From contig JANOXC010000070.1 in the NCBI GenBank assembly GCA_031418215.1, positions 1,419 to 65,418 of the forward strand: a stretch of DNA of 64,000 bases, written 5' to 3'. The first letter of the stretch is position 1. Each line of letters opens with the position of its first letter. Positions 9,774 to 19,226 of this stretch are shown one piece after another. The notes under the pieces are model-generated. The model was not told the DNA's origin and made no database searches. It worked only from the letters and a program-made list of their open reading frames with translations. Origin of the DNA: Bacteroidota bacterium. GTDB lineage: Bacteria; Bacteroidota; Bacteroidia; AKYH767-A; OLB10. The position numbers and the translations under genes were made by a program.

Positions 9774-11068
9774 TTTCGATAATAAATTTTTTGAAGAACA
9801 AATTTTCCAATTTCAGCGCCTTGTTTTAGTCCATTGTCAAGAGAAGGCATATAATGTATTCCGCCATAAAAACGGCTGAGACTTGCTTCGTTCGCTGCTT
9901 CTTTAAAACTATTGAATTTACGTGGTGGCAAATCTATATACATTTCGCTGGAATCTGTAAACGTATATGGCTGAGGAATGATTTGCGTAAGAATTGTAGC
10001 TGATGTACTTGAAATCACGCTATGGCCACTTGTATATTCAGGAAAGGGTGGTGTTTGAATATATGGCAGCCATTTAGGATCTATCAAACGATTGATATAA
10101 GTTTCCGGGCGCATCGATTCACTTCTGTATTTCTCAGACCAGCAACTTAAAAAAGCCTCAAATAATCCAATAGTGAGTAATGTATAAGTCTGAGTAGTTT
10201 TTGCTTCATCAAAGTTCAAATTCCGGCAAGCCTGACCGGTAATCAGGATCCAATGTCCTCCGGGAGAAATTTTATGCACGAAATAAGTAAGATGACCTTT
10301 TGAGAAAGAAATATTGGGATTGCAGTCCCAAAATTGGGCTATCATCTTTTTAGTAGTGTCCATACTATTCGAAGTAGTATAAACAGCTAAAGCATTTTTA
10401 TAATATTCAGATTTTTTCTTTTCACTGTAAGCAATATTCGGAATTGGTTTTATCTGGCTTGAAGAATCGGTAACCAAAGATCTCATTAGGTTCCAATGGG
10501 GCTCTATTCCAATGGTATATTCCGGCGCAGTAGGTCGCCAGCAGCCCTCCTTTTCATTTAATACATAACGTTCCATGGCCTTTACCTGAATATAATTATC
10601 TTTTAAGATCCAATCAATTATTTGTTTGCCGGCATTGATGCCATATGCTTTAGAAAGATTAACAAGAATAGTGTCTATGTTTTCCTTCTTCAGTTTTTCC
10701 AGTTCAACATTTTCAAAATCCGAAATCATGTATTCGGAAAAGACAAGCTTCTTCGCCACAGTTGTAAAGGCAAATTCGGCAGCTATAGAATAATTAATAT
10801 CGGCCCTTTCTAAATTTAATTTTGGCAGATGTTTAATAGCACCGGACAGGGACAATAATTTCGGATTGGCAATACACAAGACTTCATAAGCAGCAATATT
10901 GGGATATACATGCACCCGACTTGCAACAGGCGGTGTTAAAAGGTCTTCCATGACTACTTCAACAAGCTTTTCATTGCATCTTATCAGGTAATTTCCATTT
11001 TCCATATTGCTTGCAAATGAGATTGAACAAAAGGAAAATAATATAAAAGCAATTAATATTCTACCCAT
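9770..11068 (-). CDS. PAP2-superfamily vanadium-dependent haloperoxidase-like protein, exported
   Basis: Kx6RP (KYRSESMRP), PEYTSGHS and SRFYGGIH motifs. Start moved to the ATG at 11068 (MGRILIAFILFSFCSISFA signal peptide), downstream of a TATATTTG -7 element at 11096-11089. Confidence 0.85.
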   Translation of the reverse strand: MGRILIAFILFSFCSISFASNMENGNYLIRCNEKLVEVVMEDLLTPPVASRVHVYPNIAAYEVLCIANPKLLSLSGAIKHLPKLNLERADINYSIAAEFAFTTVAKKLVFSEYMISDFENVELEKLKKENIDTILVNLSKAYGINAGKQIIDWILKDNYIQVKAMERYVLNEKEGCWRPTAPEYTIGIEPHWNLMRSLVTDSSSQIKPIPNIAYSEKKKSEYYKNALAVYTTSNSMDTTKKMIAQFWDCNPNISFSKGHLTYFVHKISPGGHWILITGQACRNLNFDEAKTTQTYTLLTIGLFEAFLSCWSEKYRSESMRPETYINRLIDPKWLPYIQTPPFPEYTSGHSVISSTSATILTQIIPQPYTFTDSSEMYIDLPPRKFNSFKEAANEASLSRFYGGIHYMPSLDNGLKQGAEIGKFVLQKIYYRK

Positions 11069-11621
11069 GGTATTTGATATTGAGTCTTCAAATATAAATA
11101 TTAAATGACTATAACCAATCAACAGAATTGCAGGTAAAATAAGACTGTTACATCGCTTGAAAAAAGTGGACCAATAAAAATAATTTACTCACCGTGTATA
11201 CTTTTCAATAACCTTTGCCTGTTGTTAAATATTTATCAATAGTCAAAGCAAGCCTTTTAAACGTTCTTTCAACTATATCATGTAAAAAATGGCATGATGG
11301 GGTGGGTTAGACTCTAATCGCGGCATCCATTTGTGACGATTTATGTGCTCATCAACTAAGGCAAAAAGGTAAGTGAAATCTATAAAAATATGCAGTTCGC
11401 AACTAAAAGTAATTGTGAAATAATTCTAATTCCGTTATGTAAATATTCACCTACATTCACATTGATTATTCTTACCTCAAACAATTCGTTTTCAAAACAT
11501 ATCCTCTCCACCCTAATATCATTTAGTTTAGTCATAACAACAAACTACAAATGGTTCTAATTGCTATTTCTCCGGATCGCAGAAACAATTAAAAAATAAT
11601 ATCACAGACAACAACCGTGCA

Positions 11622-12596
11622 ATGCTTCAAAAAAAGAAAGAACATGAGAAAATAAAATCTAACATGCATGCACGGAATAAGCATCGTGAACGCTATAATT
11701 TTCAAGCGTTGATTAGCACTTGTCCCCAATTAGCTCCCTTTGTTAAACTGAATAACTACAACGACCACTCGATTGATTTTTCAAATGCCGAGGCAGTAAT
11801 GATGCTGAATAAAGCGTTATTGAAACATTACTATGGGATTGATCACTGGAAGATTCCTTTGGGTTATTTATGTCCACCTATTCCGGGCCGATCAGATTAC
11901 ATTCATTATGCAGCTGATTTATTAGGAAGCAGTAATCACGGAATAATTCCAACCGGCAATCACATAAAATGTTTAGATATCGGAGTAGGGGCAAATTGCA
12001 TTTATCCCATTCTTGGAAATAAAGAATACGGCTGGTCATTTGTCGGCTCCGATGTTGATCGTGTTGCCATTCAGTCAGCAACTGAAATTGTTGAGGCGAA
12101 TTTGCATTTAAAGGGTAACGTGAAACTTCGTTTACAAGAAAATTCAAAAGTTATTTTCCGTGGAATTATACGAAATGACGAACACTTTGATTTAACCATT
12201 TGTAATCCTCCTTTCCATGCTTCCCTAGAAGCGGCCCAAACAGGAACACTTCGTAAATTAAGCAACTTGAATCATAAACGAATTACAAAACCAACATTAA
12301 ATTTTGGTGGCCAGCACAAAGAATTGTGGACAGTTGGTGGCGAAGAAAAATTTGTGCAAACGATGATATCCCAAAGCAAAATATTTTCATCTTCTTGTTT
12401 TTGGTTTTCTACCTTGATTTCAAAAAGTGTTCACCTTAAAAGCGCATACCTGGCATTAAAAATTGCAGAAGCAATTGAAGTAAAAACCATTTCAATGAGT
12501 CAGGGGAATAAAACAAGTCGTATTGTTGCCTGGACATTTCTCGACCAGGTACAACAAAATAAGTGGGTGGAGACGAGGTGGAATAAACCGCTTTGA
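11622..12596 (+). CDS. rlmF: 23S rRNA m6A1618 methyltransferase
   Basis: YLCPPIPGRSDYIH, LDIGVGANCIYP, CNPPFH, LNFGGQ, MSQGNK. Confidence 0.95.
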   Translation: MLQKKKEHEKIKSNMHARNKHRERYNFQALISTCPQLAPFVKLNNYNDHSIDFSNAEAVMMLNKALLKHYYGIDHWKIPLGYLCPPIPGRSDYIHYAADLLGSSNHGIIPTGNHIKCLDIGVGANCIYPILGNKEYGWSFVGSDVDRVAIQSATEIVEANLHLKGNVKLRLQENSKVIFRGIIRNDEHFDLTICNPPFHASLEAAQTGTLRKLSNLNHKRITKPTLNFGGQHKELWTVGGEEKFVQTMISQSKIFSSSCFWFSTLISKSVHLKSAYLALKIAEAIEVKTISMSQGNKTSRIVAWTFLDQVQQNKWVETRWNKPL

Positions 12597-12734
12597 AGTG
12601 CCAATTCAATAAATATTAATGAACAGGGTTTTAAATTATTTGATTTCCCTAGTTAAAGAATGCAACCTATGGTTGATCAACAATCTCCTTATCCACTCCT
12701 GATCATCACTGGTCAATAATCAATGTGTTATTTT

Positions 12735-12829
12735 AATGAAACTCCCCGCCGCAAGCAACGGGGTATCATGATGGATAATATTTGTTTTTCTTCGCAGCAA
12801 GCTGCGGGGAACTAACCCCTAAGTGGAGA
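12735..12829. mobile_element. MITE/REP-like palindromic element, copy B (uninterrupted)
   Basis: AATGAAACTCCCCGCCGCAAGCAACGGGGTATC-N24-TCGCAGCAAGCTGCGGGGAACTAACCC; same orientation as copy A; intergenic. Confidence 0.7.
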
Positions 12830-12919
12830 AATATCAATTTCCACTGTCGCTGTCTATCTATAAAATTTCATTTTCTGTTTCCCGTTAAATGGGCAACAAG
12901 AAAAGTGGTGTCCTTAAAA

Positions 12920-13375
12920 TTACCTCCAGGCACTTAATATCCCGCACATCAAAATACCGGTTACTGCCCAATATCCCCAGTTCACTATTCCCCATGAGAA
13001 TTTGCGTCTTTCGAAAATTGCCATGGTAGTTAAGATGGGAAGTGCAATGGTTAAGGCAAATATTAAACCATGCGCTGCTCCATGCCCAAACGTTACAAAA
13101 CTGTGCCCGTCTTTTGGATCAGTAACCTGACCTTGCTCTTGTCCGCCCACGCCGGTAACCCATGCCCAAAAGAACATAGCCAGGAAAAAGCTTGCAATTA
13201 GGGCAACCAGGTATAATATTGGTTTGGGGCCATTGCCAACACTTTCTTTTGTAAAGCCATTGGCATTCATCCATGCTTTTCCTAAAAAAGCAGGATGATA
13301 ATAGATAAAGCCAATGATCATTGGAATTAGAGTGGCTATTAAAATAGCGATGTAATTCATTTGTGGTTCTTGCAT
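12920..13375 (-). CDS. DUF1761 family membrane protein
   Basis: IGFIYYHPAFLGKAW, TFGHGAAHG, FERR..., NWGYW; four TM segments. Confidence 0.85.
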   Translation of the reverse strand: MQEPQMNYIAILIATLIPMIIGFIYYHPAFLGKAWMNANGFTKESVGNGPKPILYLVALIASFFLAMFFWAWVTGVGGQEQGQVTDPKDGHSFVTFGHGAAHGLIFALTIALPILTTMAIFERRKFSWGIVNWGYWAVTGILMCGILSAWR

Positions 13376-13507
13376 CGGTTTAGGTTTTAAGTGGTTATAT
13401 TATTACAAATATAAATTAATTGTGCTTTGATTACTATTTCATGCTTTTTTGCGCACTTCAAAGAGAAAAAATATACTTTTGATTACAAATTGTAAAACCA
13501 CCACCCC

Positions 13508-13981
13508 ATGAAAAATGTAATATTATTATTCGCTGCCTTACTGCTCTCTGCCGGCTCCTTTGCACAAACCGATGCTGCTAAAGGAAAGCAGGAAACTGTT
13601 AAGCCTGTAAAAGATAACTCAGCAATGAAGGCGTTGATTACTGAAAGGGATACTGCGAAATCATTATTAAGGTCAAAGAATTCTGAATTTAATAAAAACA
13701 ATAACAAGCTTACTAAGCTGCTGGGTGAAAAAGATAAACTAAAGGACCAGCTTAAAACCGCCAAGCACAATAAAAAAACCGATAAGGTTGATGAAATACA
13801 AGGCAAGATTACCGCAAACGATGCTGCCATTAAAGCACTGGATGCGCAGTTGAAAGTAGATGATAAGGAAATTACAAGCATTGAAAAAAGGATGAAGGAT
13901 GCGGAGAAAGCTATTGCAGCAGAAAAGGACAAGGTTGCGAAAGAGAAAGAGAAAGCGGCAAAGGAGAAAAGTAAGAAATAA
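13508..13981 (+). CDS. Exported Lys-rich coiled-coil hypothetical protein
   Basis: Signal peptide ending SFA|Q; heptad-like K/E/A/D-rich sequence; TACTTTTG -7 element at 13474-13481. Confidence 0.75.
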   Translation: MKNVILLFAALLLSAGSFAQTDAAKGKQETVKPVKDNSAMKALITERDTAKSLLRSKNSEFNKNNNKLTKLLGEKDKLKDQLKTAKHNKKTDKVDEIQGKITANDAAIKALDAQLKVDDKEITSIEKRMKDAEKAIAAEKDKVAKEKEKAAKEKSKK

Positions 13982-14001
13982 TTTTATATATATTATCGCC
14001 T

Positions 14002-14031
14002 CTTCAGTGTATCTTGAAAGGGACACTGAAG
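14002..14031. terminator. Hairpin between convergent genes (probable terminator)
   Basis: CTTCAGTGT-N12-ACACTGAAG perfect 9-bp stem. Confidence 0.5.
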
Positions 14032-14075
14032 GGACGTGTTGGGAAGAGCGGGTGATTGGAGTGAGAAGGAAATAA

Positions 14076-14762
14076 TTACTGCTTAATGATTTTTACAACC
14101 GTTCTTCCGTGATTCGAAGTCTCGATTTCCAATATATATATTCCGGGATGAAGCATTTCAAGCGATAAATCTTCGGCACCGTCAAAGATTCGTCGGTAAA
14201 CCTCCTTCCCAAAAAGGTCTGATATTCTTACCTGTTCAACTTGCATTCCATTGGTCAATTTTAAGTGAAGCAAGTCACTAAAAGGGTTAGGATACACGGG
14301 TATCCCAGTGCTTATAGCCTCCTGTTCATTGGCTATGCCGCTAAGTGGCACAAAATAGACCGCTGTATACAAGGTGTCAACCTGAACAGCAAATTGCGTT
14401 GTGTAAGGCCAAACAACTACTACATCATTGCCCGTTCTGAAAACATTGGAAGAAAAAACATAACCCATTGCCCCTGAATTGGCAATAAGTGTAACGGTGT
14501 CATTGGGTAATAGAACAAAATTGGGGTTTTGGTTGAAGTACAAAATGTCAGTTGCCGAATCAGTCTGCAGCACTATCTGCAAAGGGCCCTGGTAGGCGCC
14601 AATACCCACGTTTTTAAGTTGGAACTGTATCGGGTAAACTACTCCTTCATAGGCAGTATCTGGGAAGTTATAAAGCGCAGTGATCCTCAAATGTGCCGAT
14701 TGTGCCGTGGCCATAAAAGTACCCGTCAACAAAAACAAAAAAATAAGTACGGGTTTCTTCAT
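14076..14762 (-). CDS. Small T9SS type A cargo protein (one Ig-like domain plus CTD)
   Basis: Start moved to MKKPVLIFLFLLTGTFMATA|Q (ATG 14762). CTD reads VYPNPF...ISDLFGK...GIYILEI...KIIKQ. Confidence 0.85.
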   Translation of the reverse strand: MKKPVLIFLFLLTGTFMATAQSAHLRITALYNFPDTAYEGVVYPIQFQLKNVGIGAYQGPLQIVLQTDSATDILYFNQNPNFVLLPNDTVTLIANSGAMGYVFSSNVFRTGNDVVVVWPYTTQFAVQVDTLYTAVYFVPLSGIANEQEAISTGIPVYPNPFSDLLHLKLTNGMQVEQVRISDLFGKEVYRRIFDGAEDLSLEMLHPGIYILEIETSNHGRTVVKIIKQ

Positions 14763-14789
14763 AGTAATTGTTTTGTTGTCCGGGTGATA

Positions 14790-14797
14790 CAAATGTA
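14790..14797 (-). promoter_or_regulatory. Bacteroidota -7 promoter element
   Basis: TACATTTG on the minus strand matches TAnnTTTG, 27 nt upstream of the ATG at 14762. Confidence 0.7.
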
Positions 14798-14828
14798 TGC
14801 GGCGTTTTGATACATCAACACATACTCT

Positions 14829-14852
14829 TTTATTTATCTTACGCATCCAAAA
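14829..14852 (-). promoter_or_regulatory. Putative activator-binding site, copy 1
   Basis: TTTTGGATGCGTAAGATAAATAAA, 21/24 identical to 16371-16394. GCGTAAGA ends 39 nt before the -7 element. Confidence 0.7.
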
Positions 14853-14905
14853 TTACATTTCTTGATGGTATTTACTACTTTTACAGACGATATGAATAGA
14901 CTTTT

Positions 14906-16363
14906 ATGAATATGCTGCAACAGGTTGTCCTTGGCCTAAACAAGGAGCAGATCCGCTTTTTTAAGTTGTATTCAGGCAGGATTACAAGAGCTGATGACAG
15001 GAAAGATATTGTTTTATTGGACTACATCAGAAAAGCGGGTAAGGAGTATGACGATCAAATGGCATTTGATAAACTCTACAAAGGAGCTGACAGGAATGCT
15101 TTCTACCGTTTAAAGAACAGGTTGCTGAATGATTTAAGCAAGAGCCTGAGCATACAGCATTTTGAAGACAGCGACTTTATATATACCTGTCATATGCTGG
15201 CATTGTTCAAATATTTTTCTACCCGTAACTCATGGAAGGAGGCACACTTCTACCTCAAGAAAGCTGAAGCAGGTGCGAAGGCCATTGAAAGCTATGAATT
15301 ACTTGATATAATTTATGGTGAATACATCAGGTTATCGCATGAATCGCTACATATCAATCCTGAGTTATATATAGAAAGGAGAAGTGAAAATCAAAAACAG
15401 TTAACACATTTGCGTTCTATTGATGATTTACTGGCAGCAGTAACTTATCGTTTAAAAGTGACGCAGAATTTGTCGGCAGGAAAAAGCCCCTTGTTGGATC
15501 TATTAAAGAAATCCATTGATGACTTTGTGAAAGATAAGGACTTGCGTAAAAGTCCAACGCTGCGTTTTCGTTTATATAAAGCAGTAAGCCAGCTGCTCTT
15601 GCAACGGCACGATTACATTGCCTTGGAAGAATACCTTTTAACAGTGCACGAAGAATTTGAAAAAGATCATTTATTTGATAAGAACAACCACGATACGAAG
15701 CTGCAAATGTTGACGTACATCGTGAATACATTATTTAAAAACAACAAGCTAAAACAATCATTGGTGTATGCTGAAAAACTAAAATCAGCAATGGAAGAAT
15801 ACCATCATCTGTTATATGATAAATATATATTCTTCTATTACAATTCACTGGTGATAAATTATTCGCAGTTGAATCCCGCTAAGGCTATTGAAATCCTGGA
15901 AGACTTAAAAGACAATGAAAAAATAAAATCGAATTCTTTCTATCATTTATTTGTTTACCTCAATTTAGCCGTTGTGCAGTTCACACAGCAGTTTTATAAA
16001 GAGGCTGCGCGACATTTAACAAAGTTATATCTCCTGGATGGTTTTAAAACAGCAGAGCGGACGTTGAAATTAAAAATTGTAATTGCAGAACTCATCATCC
16101 GTTATCAGTTGGGTGATTTTGACGTTTTAAACTACAAATTGGCGCAAGTACGCAAGGAATTTAAGGATTTAATAGCGCGGGAAGACTTCCTGAATGAGAA
16201 AGAAATACTGGACCTGGTAAAGCTTATGGTACAAACGCCTATTTTAAGGAAAAACAAAATACTTGTTGCCAGAATTAAGAAGTTTATAGAGAAGGAAGGC
16301 GATAAGTGCACAGGAGATACAGAAGTCATTAATTACCGAAACTGGCTATCCGGATTGCTATAA
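14906..16363 (+). CDS. Uncharacterised all-helical (TPR-like) cytoplasmic protein; putative transcriptional regulator
   Basis: No signal peptide. Basic helical N-terminus (RFFKLY...NAFYRLKNRLLNDLSKSL) followed by TPR-like helical repeats. The regulator role is inferred from context. Confidence 0.65.
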   Translation: MNMLQQVVLGLNKEQIRFFKLYSGRITRADDRKDIVLLDYIRKAGKEYDDQMAFDKLYKGADRNAFYRLKNRLLNDLSKSLSIQHFEDSDFIYTCHMLALFKYFSTRNSWKEAHFYLKKAEAGAKAIESYELLDIIYGEYIRLSHESLHINPELYIERRSENQKQLTHLRSIDDLLAAVTYRLKVTQNLSAGKSPLLDLLKKSIDDFVKDKDLRKSPTLRFRLYKAVSQLLLQRHDYIALEEYLLTVHEEFEKDHLFDKNNHDTKLQMLTYIVNTLFKNNKLKQSLVYAEKLKSAMEEYHHLLYDKYIFFYYNSLVINYSQLNPAKAIEILEDLKDNEKIKSNSFYHLFVYLNLAVVQFTQQFYKEAARHLTKLYLLDGFKTAERTLKLKIVIAELIIRYQLGDFDVLNYKLAQVRKEFKDLIAREDFLNEKEILDLVKLMVQTPILRKNKILVARIKKFIEKEGDKCTGDTEVINYRNWLSGLL

Positions 16364-16370
16364 AAATAAG

Positions 16371-16394
16371 TTTTGGGTGCGTAAGAATAATAAA
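16371..16394 (+). promoter_or_regulatory. Putative activator-binding site, copy 2
   Basis: TTTTGGGTGCGTAAGAATAATAAA. GCGTAAGA ends 39 nt before TAACTTTG. Confidence 0.7.
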
Positions 16395-16425
16395 TACTCT
16401 TTACAGGAGGATCGCAACTTGCACT

Positions 16426-16433
16426 TAACTTTG
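16426..16433 (+). promoter_or_regulatory. Bacteroidota -7 promoter element
   Basis: TAACTTTG, 29 nt upstream of the ATG at 16463. Confidence 0.7.
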
Positions 16434-16462
16434 AACCGTTAAACACTCAAAACCTATTTAAT

Positions 16463-18550
16463 ATGAAAACATGGCTACTTAGAATACTGATGATTGCAAG
16501 CGTTGCCTTGCATACTTCAGCTAATGCACAACCTGTGAACTGTCAGGCATCATTTATTGCAACGCCTGATTCTTCGGGATACCACTTTCAATTCACGAAT
16601 ACTTCCGCAGGAAGTTATACCAATATGCAATGGACTTTTGGCGACGGTACAGCATCAACACTGCACAATCCTGGTCACTCCTATAATATGAGTGGTTTGG
16701 TGTCTTGCTGTTTGACAATATGGGACAGCTTAGGAACTTGTCAATCGATGACCTGCGATACGCTTTTGGTTGGCAACCCCATTGGCGGGGGCTGTTCGGC
16801 ATCATTTGGTTATCAGCATACGGGGTCAGTCTTTTATTTTTATGGGAATGTAAACATCCCTAACTCAAGCAATACTTTTGCCTGGGATTTTGGCGATGGA
16901 ACAATAGGCACCGGCCAGTATCCGACACACACTTATAGTCAACCCGGCAACTACACTGTTTGTTTAGTAGCTACCAATCCAACAATTGGCTGCACTGTTA
17001 CTTATTGTCATCCTGTTACAGTTGCTCCTCCACCTGCATGTTCTGCTGCATTTACGTTTAGTAATTTGAATGGCGCTGTGAATGCAATGACATTTACCAG
17101 CCAATATGTTTCCAATACTGCAACTTACTCCTGGACATTTGGTGATGGAACTGTGGGTAGTGGTCATTCTATTTCACATCCCTATCAAACAGCAGGCGCA
17201 TATAGTGTATGTCTTACCGTGAGCGATGGAGCAAATAATTGTGTGGCTACGTATTGTGATTCCGTATTGATTGTAAACAACACTTCCTGTCAGGCCGCCT
17301 TTATATATAGTGTTGCTCCAGGCTTACTTAGTGTAGTTAGTTTTACCAATATTTCAACAGGGAACATCAATCAATGGTATTGGTCATTCGGTGACGGTGA
17401 TTCTTCAGGCCTGCAAAACCCTGTTCACACCTATGCACAGCCGGGAACATATCAAGTATGCCTCAATGTAGTAAACGGGAATCCTGTTTGTGGTTCCGGA
17501 ATTTGTCACTATGTTACCATATCAGCGGTAAGCAGTCAATGCAATGCATTTTTTGGTTACCAATCCAATGGCAATACGTTTCATTTCGCGAATAACAATT
17601 CCGGATACAGCCATAGCTGGAGTTTTGGTGACGGCACTTATGCTTTCAATGCAAATCCTTCACATACTTATGGCGCAGCAGGAGTTTACCAGGTTTGTCA
17701 TACCGTTTATGATTCTATGCAGTCGTGTTCTGATACTTATTGTGATACAATCATTATTAATTCCGGTGGTTCTTGTACATTATCCTTTACTTATACCGTT
17801 GACTCTACTGGTCATTTCTTTGCTTTTACTAATACCTCTGCAAGTGTGCTTGGAAATTTGGTATGGAGCTTTGGCGATGGCACTGCTGCATATACCAGCA
17901 ATCCCAATCACCATTATAATTCTCCGGGAGCATACATTGTATGTATCTCAGCAGTTAATCCTGCAACAGGAAATATATTGTGTTCTACTTGTCAAACAAT
18001 TATTGTTGGCAGCTCTGCAACCTGTGCTCCTGTATTTTATTCCTTCCCTGACTCTAATGCTGTTGGAAACGGAAATGTGAATTTTGGTATTTACAGTCCG
18101 TGTGCCAATACTCAGTTTGTATGGGACTTTGGCGATGGCAATAACGGAAGCGGACCACATCCATCACATCAATACACTGATAGCGGCTGGTATTACGTTT
18201 GCGTAACCGCATTTACATCATCAGGAAACTACACAGTTTGTGATAGCGTTTATGCATTCCGTTTAAGCACTGCCATTACTGAAAATGAAGCATCGGTTGG
18301 CTTGCTTATTTATCCGAATCCATTAGCCGGAACAGGCAATGCCAGATTTACATTGGCCGCCAGTGCTAAGGTAAAAGCAATATTGTTTGATATGCAGGGA
18401 CGCAAAAACGCTGTTTTAGTTGATGAAATGCTTTCTGCCGGAACACATACTATTGATGTTAATACTGATGGATTGCAAAGTGGAATTTACCTTTTGCAGT
18501 TAAACATCAATGATGTAATTATTCACCAGCGAATTTCAGTTGTGAATTGA
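16463..18550 (+). CDS. T9SS type A cargo protein with seven Cys-rich PKD repeats
   Basis: Signal peptide ANA|Q; seven W[TDS]FGDG repeats; CTD IYPNP...FDMQGR...GIYLLQL. Confidence 0.9.
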   Translation: MKTWLLRILMIASVALHTSANAQPVNCQASFIATPDSSGYHFQFTNTSAGSYTNMQWTFGDGTASTLHNPGHSYNMSGLVSCCLTIWDSLGTCQSMTCDTLLVGNPIGGGCSASFGYQHTGSVFYFYGNVNIPNSSNTFAWDFGDGTIGTGQYPTHTYSQPGNYTVCLVATNPTIGCTVTYCHPVTVAPPPACSAAFTFSNLNGAVNAMTFTSQYVSNTATYSWTFGDGTVGSGHSISHPYQTAGAYSVCLTVSDGANNCVATYCDSVLIVNNTSCQAAFIYSVAPGLLSVVSFTNISTGNINQWYWSFGDGDSSGLQNPVHTYAQPGTYQVCLNVVNGNPVCGSGICHYVTISAVSSQCNAFFGYQSNGNTFHFANNNSGYSHSWSFGDGTYAFNANPSHTYGAAGVYQVCHTVYDSMQSCSDTYCDTIIINSGGSCTLSFTYTVDSTGHFFAFTNTSASVLGNLVWSFGDGTAAYTSNPNHHYNSPGAYIVCISAVNPATGNILCSTCQTIIVGSSATCAPVFYSFPDSNAVGNGNVNFGIYSPCANTQFVWDFGDGNNGSGPHPSHQYTDSGWYYVCVTAFTSSGNYTVCDSVYAFRLSTAITENEASVGLLIYPNPLAGTGNARFTLAASAKVKAILFDMQGRKNAVLVDEMLSAGTHTIDVNTDGLQSGIYLLQLNINDVIIHQRISVVN

Positions 18551-18576
18551 TTTGATTTAGTTATCGTTGTATTTTG

Positions 18577-18603
18577 AAAGTCCCGGCTCACTACCGGGAC
18601 TTT
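18577..18603. terminator. Bidirectional intrinsic terminator
   Basis: AAAGTCCCGG-CTCACTA-CCGGGACTTT between convergent genes. Confidence 0.8.
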
Positions 18604-18638
18604 GTATTTTTTGAAAACCGAATTGTTATATATTTCTC

Positions 18639-19226
18639 CTATATCACTAAATTCCCGAATGAATAAATTGATACTAAAACATAAAAAAAGCCAATCAGAC
18701 GGTTAACAAAATTCAGATTCAAAGAAAAGTAATCCATGACTTTGTTTCCGTAAATCATGTAGATCATCATTATAGTCAATGTTCCTATTGCATTACAAAG
18801 TAAAAAGCCTAAAGATGCATATATATCATTTCCGAAACTAATAATCGGACTTATTAAAATGCCAATGAACAACCAAAAAGGTATCTGTTGAGGATTTATC
18901 ACTACGCTTAACAAGCCCCGCATAATTGTTGCCTTACCTACAGCGGTGCTCCCTTTTTTCCATTCAAAGATCATCCATACACCCATTAAGAAAAGTAAGC
19001 TAAACGTAACAAACTTTACTGCGTTAAGAAATACATCATTCCCTTTTATTTCATTCAAATAAAGTAAAGTAACAACGCAATAAAGGGTTTCAAAAAAAAG
19101 GATAAGGAACAATATCAAAAACAACAGACTATACCTTCTTGTTCTGTATAATTCCAACACCATAAGGTTGATATTCCCCGGTAACAAATAACCGTAAAAC
19201 CCAATCGGGATTCCAATTAAATTCAT
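18639..19226 (-). CDS. LysE/RhtB-like translocator
   Basis: Hydrophobic 195 aa with PGNINL and GLLSVVINPQQIPFW motifs; overlaps the upstream gene (ATGA). Confidence 0.7.
   Translation of the reverse strand: MNLIGIPIGFYGYLLPGNINLMVLELYRTRRYSLLFLILFLILFFETLYCVVTLLYLNEIKGNDVFLNAVKFVTFSLLFLMGVWMIFEWKKGSTAVGKATIMRGLLSVVINPQQIPFWLFIGILISPIISFGNDIYASLGFLLCNAIGTLTIMMIYMIYGNKVMDYFSLNLNFVNRLIGFFYVLVSIYSFGNLVI

Noticed and set aside
11123-11621. 500-bp intergenic region as a pseudogene or ncRNA
   Set aside because: No recognisable reading-frame remnant or stable structure; it is consistent with divergent promoters.
1476-12829. Composite transposon bounded by the two repeat copies
   Set aside because: No transposase or target-site duplication was seen, copy A lies inside a coherent gene cluster, and dispersed repeats explain the pattern more simply.
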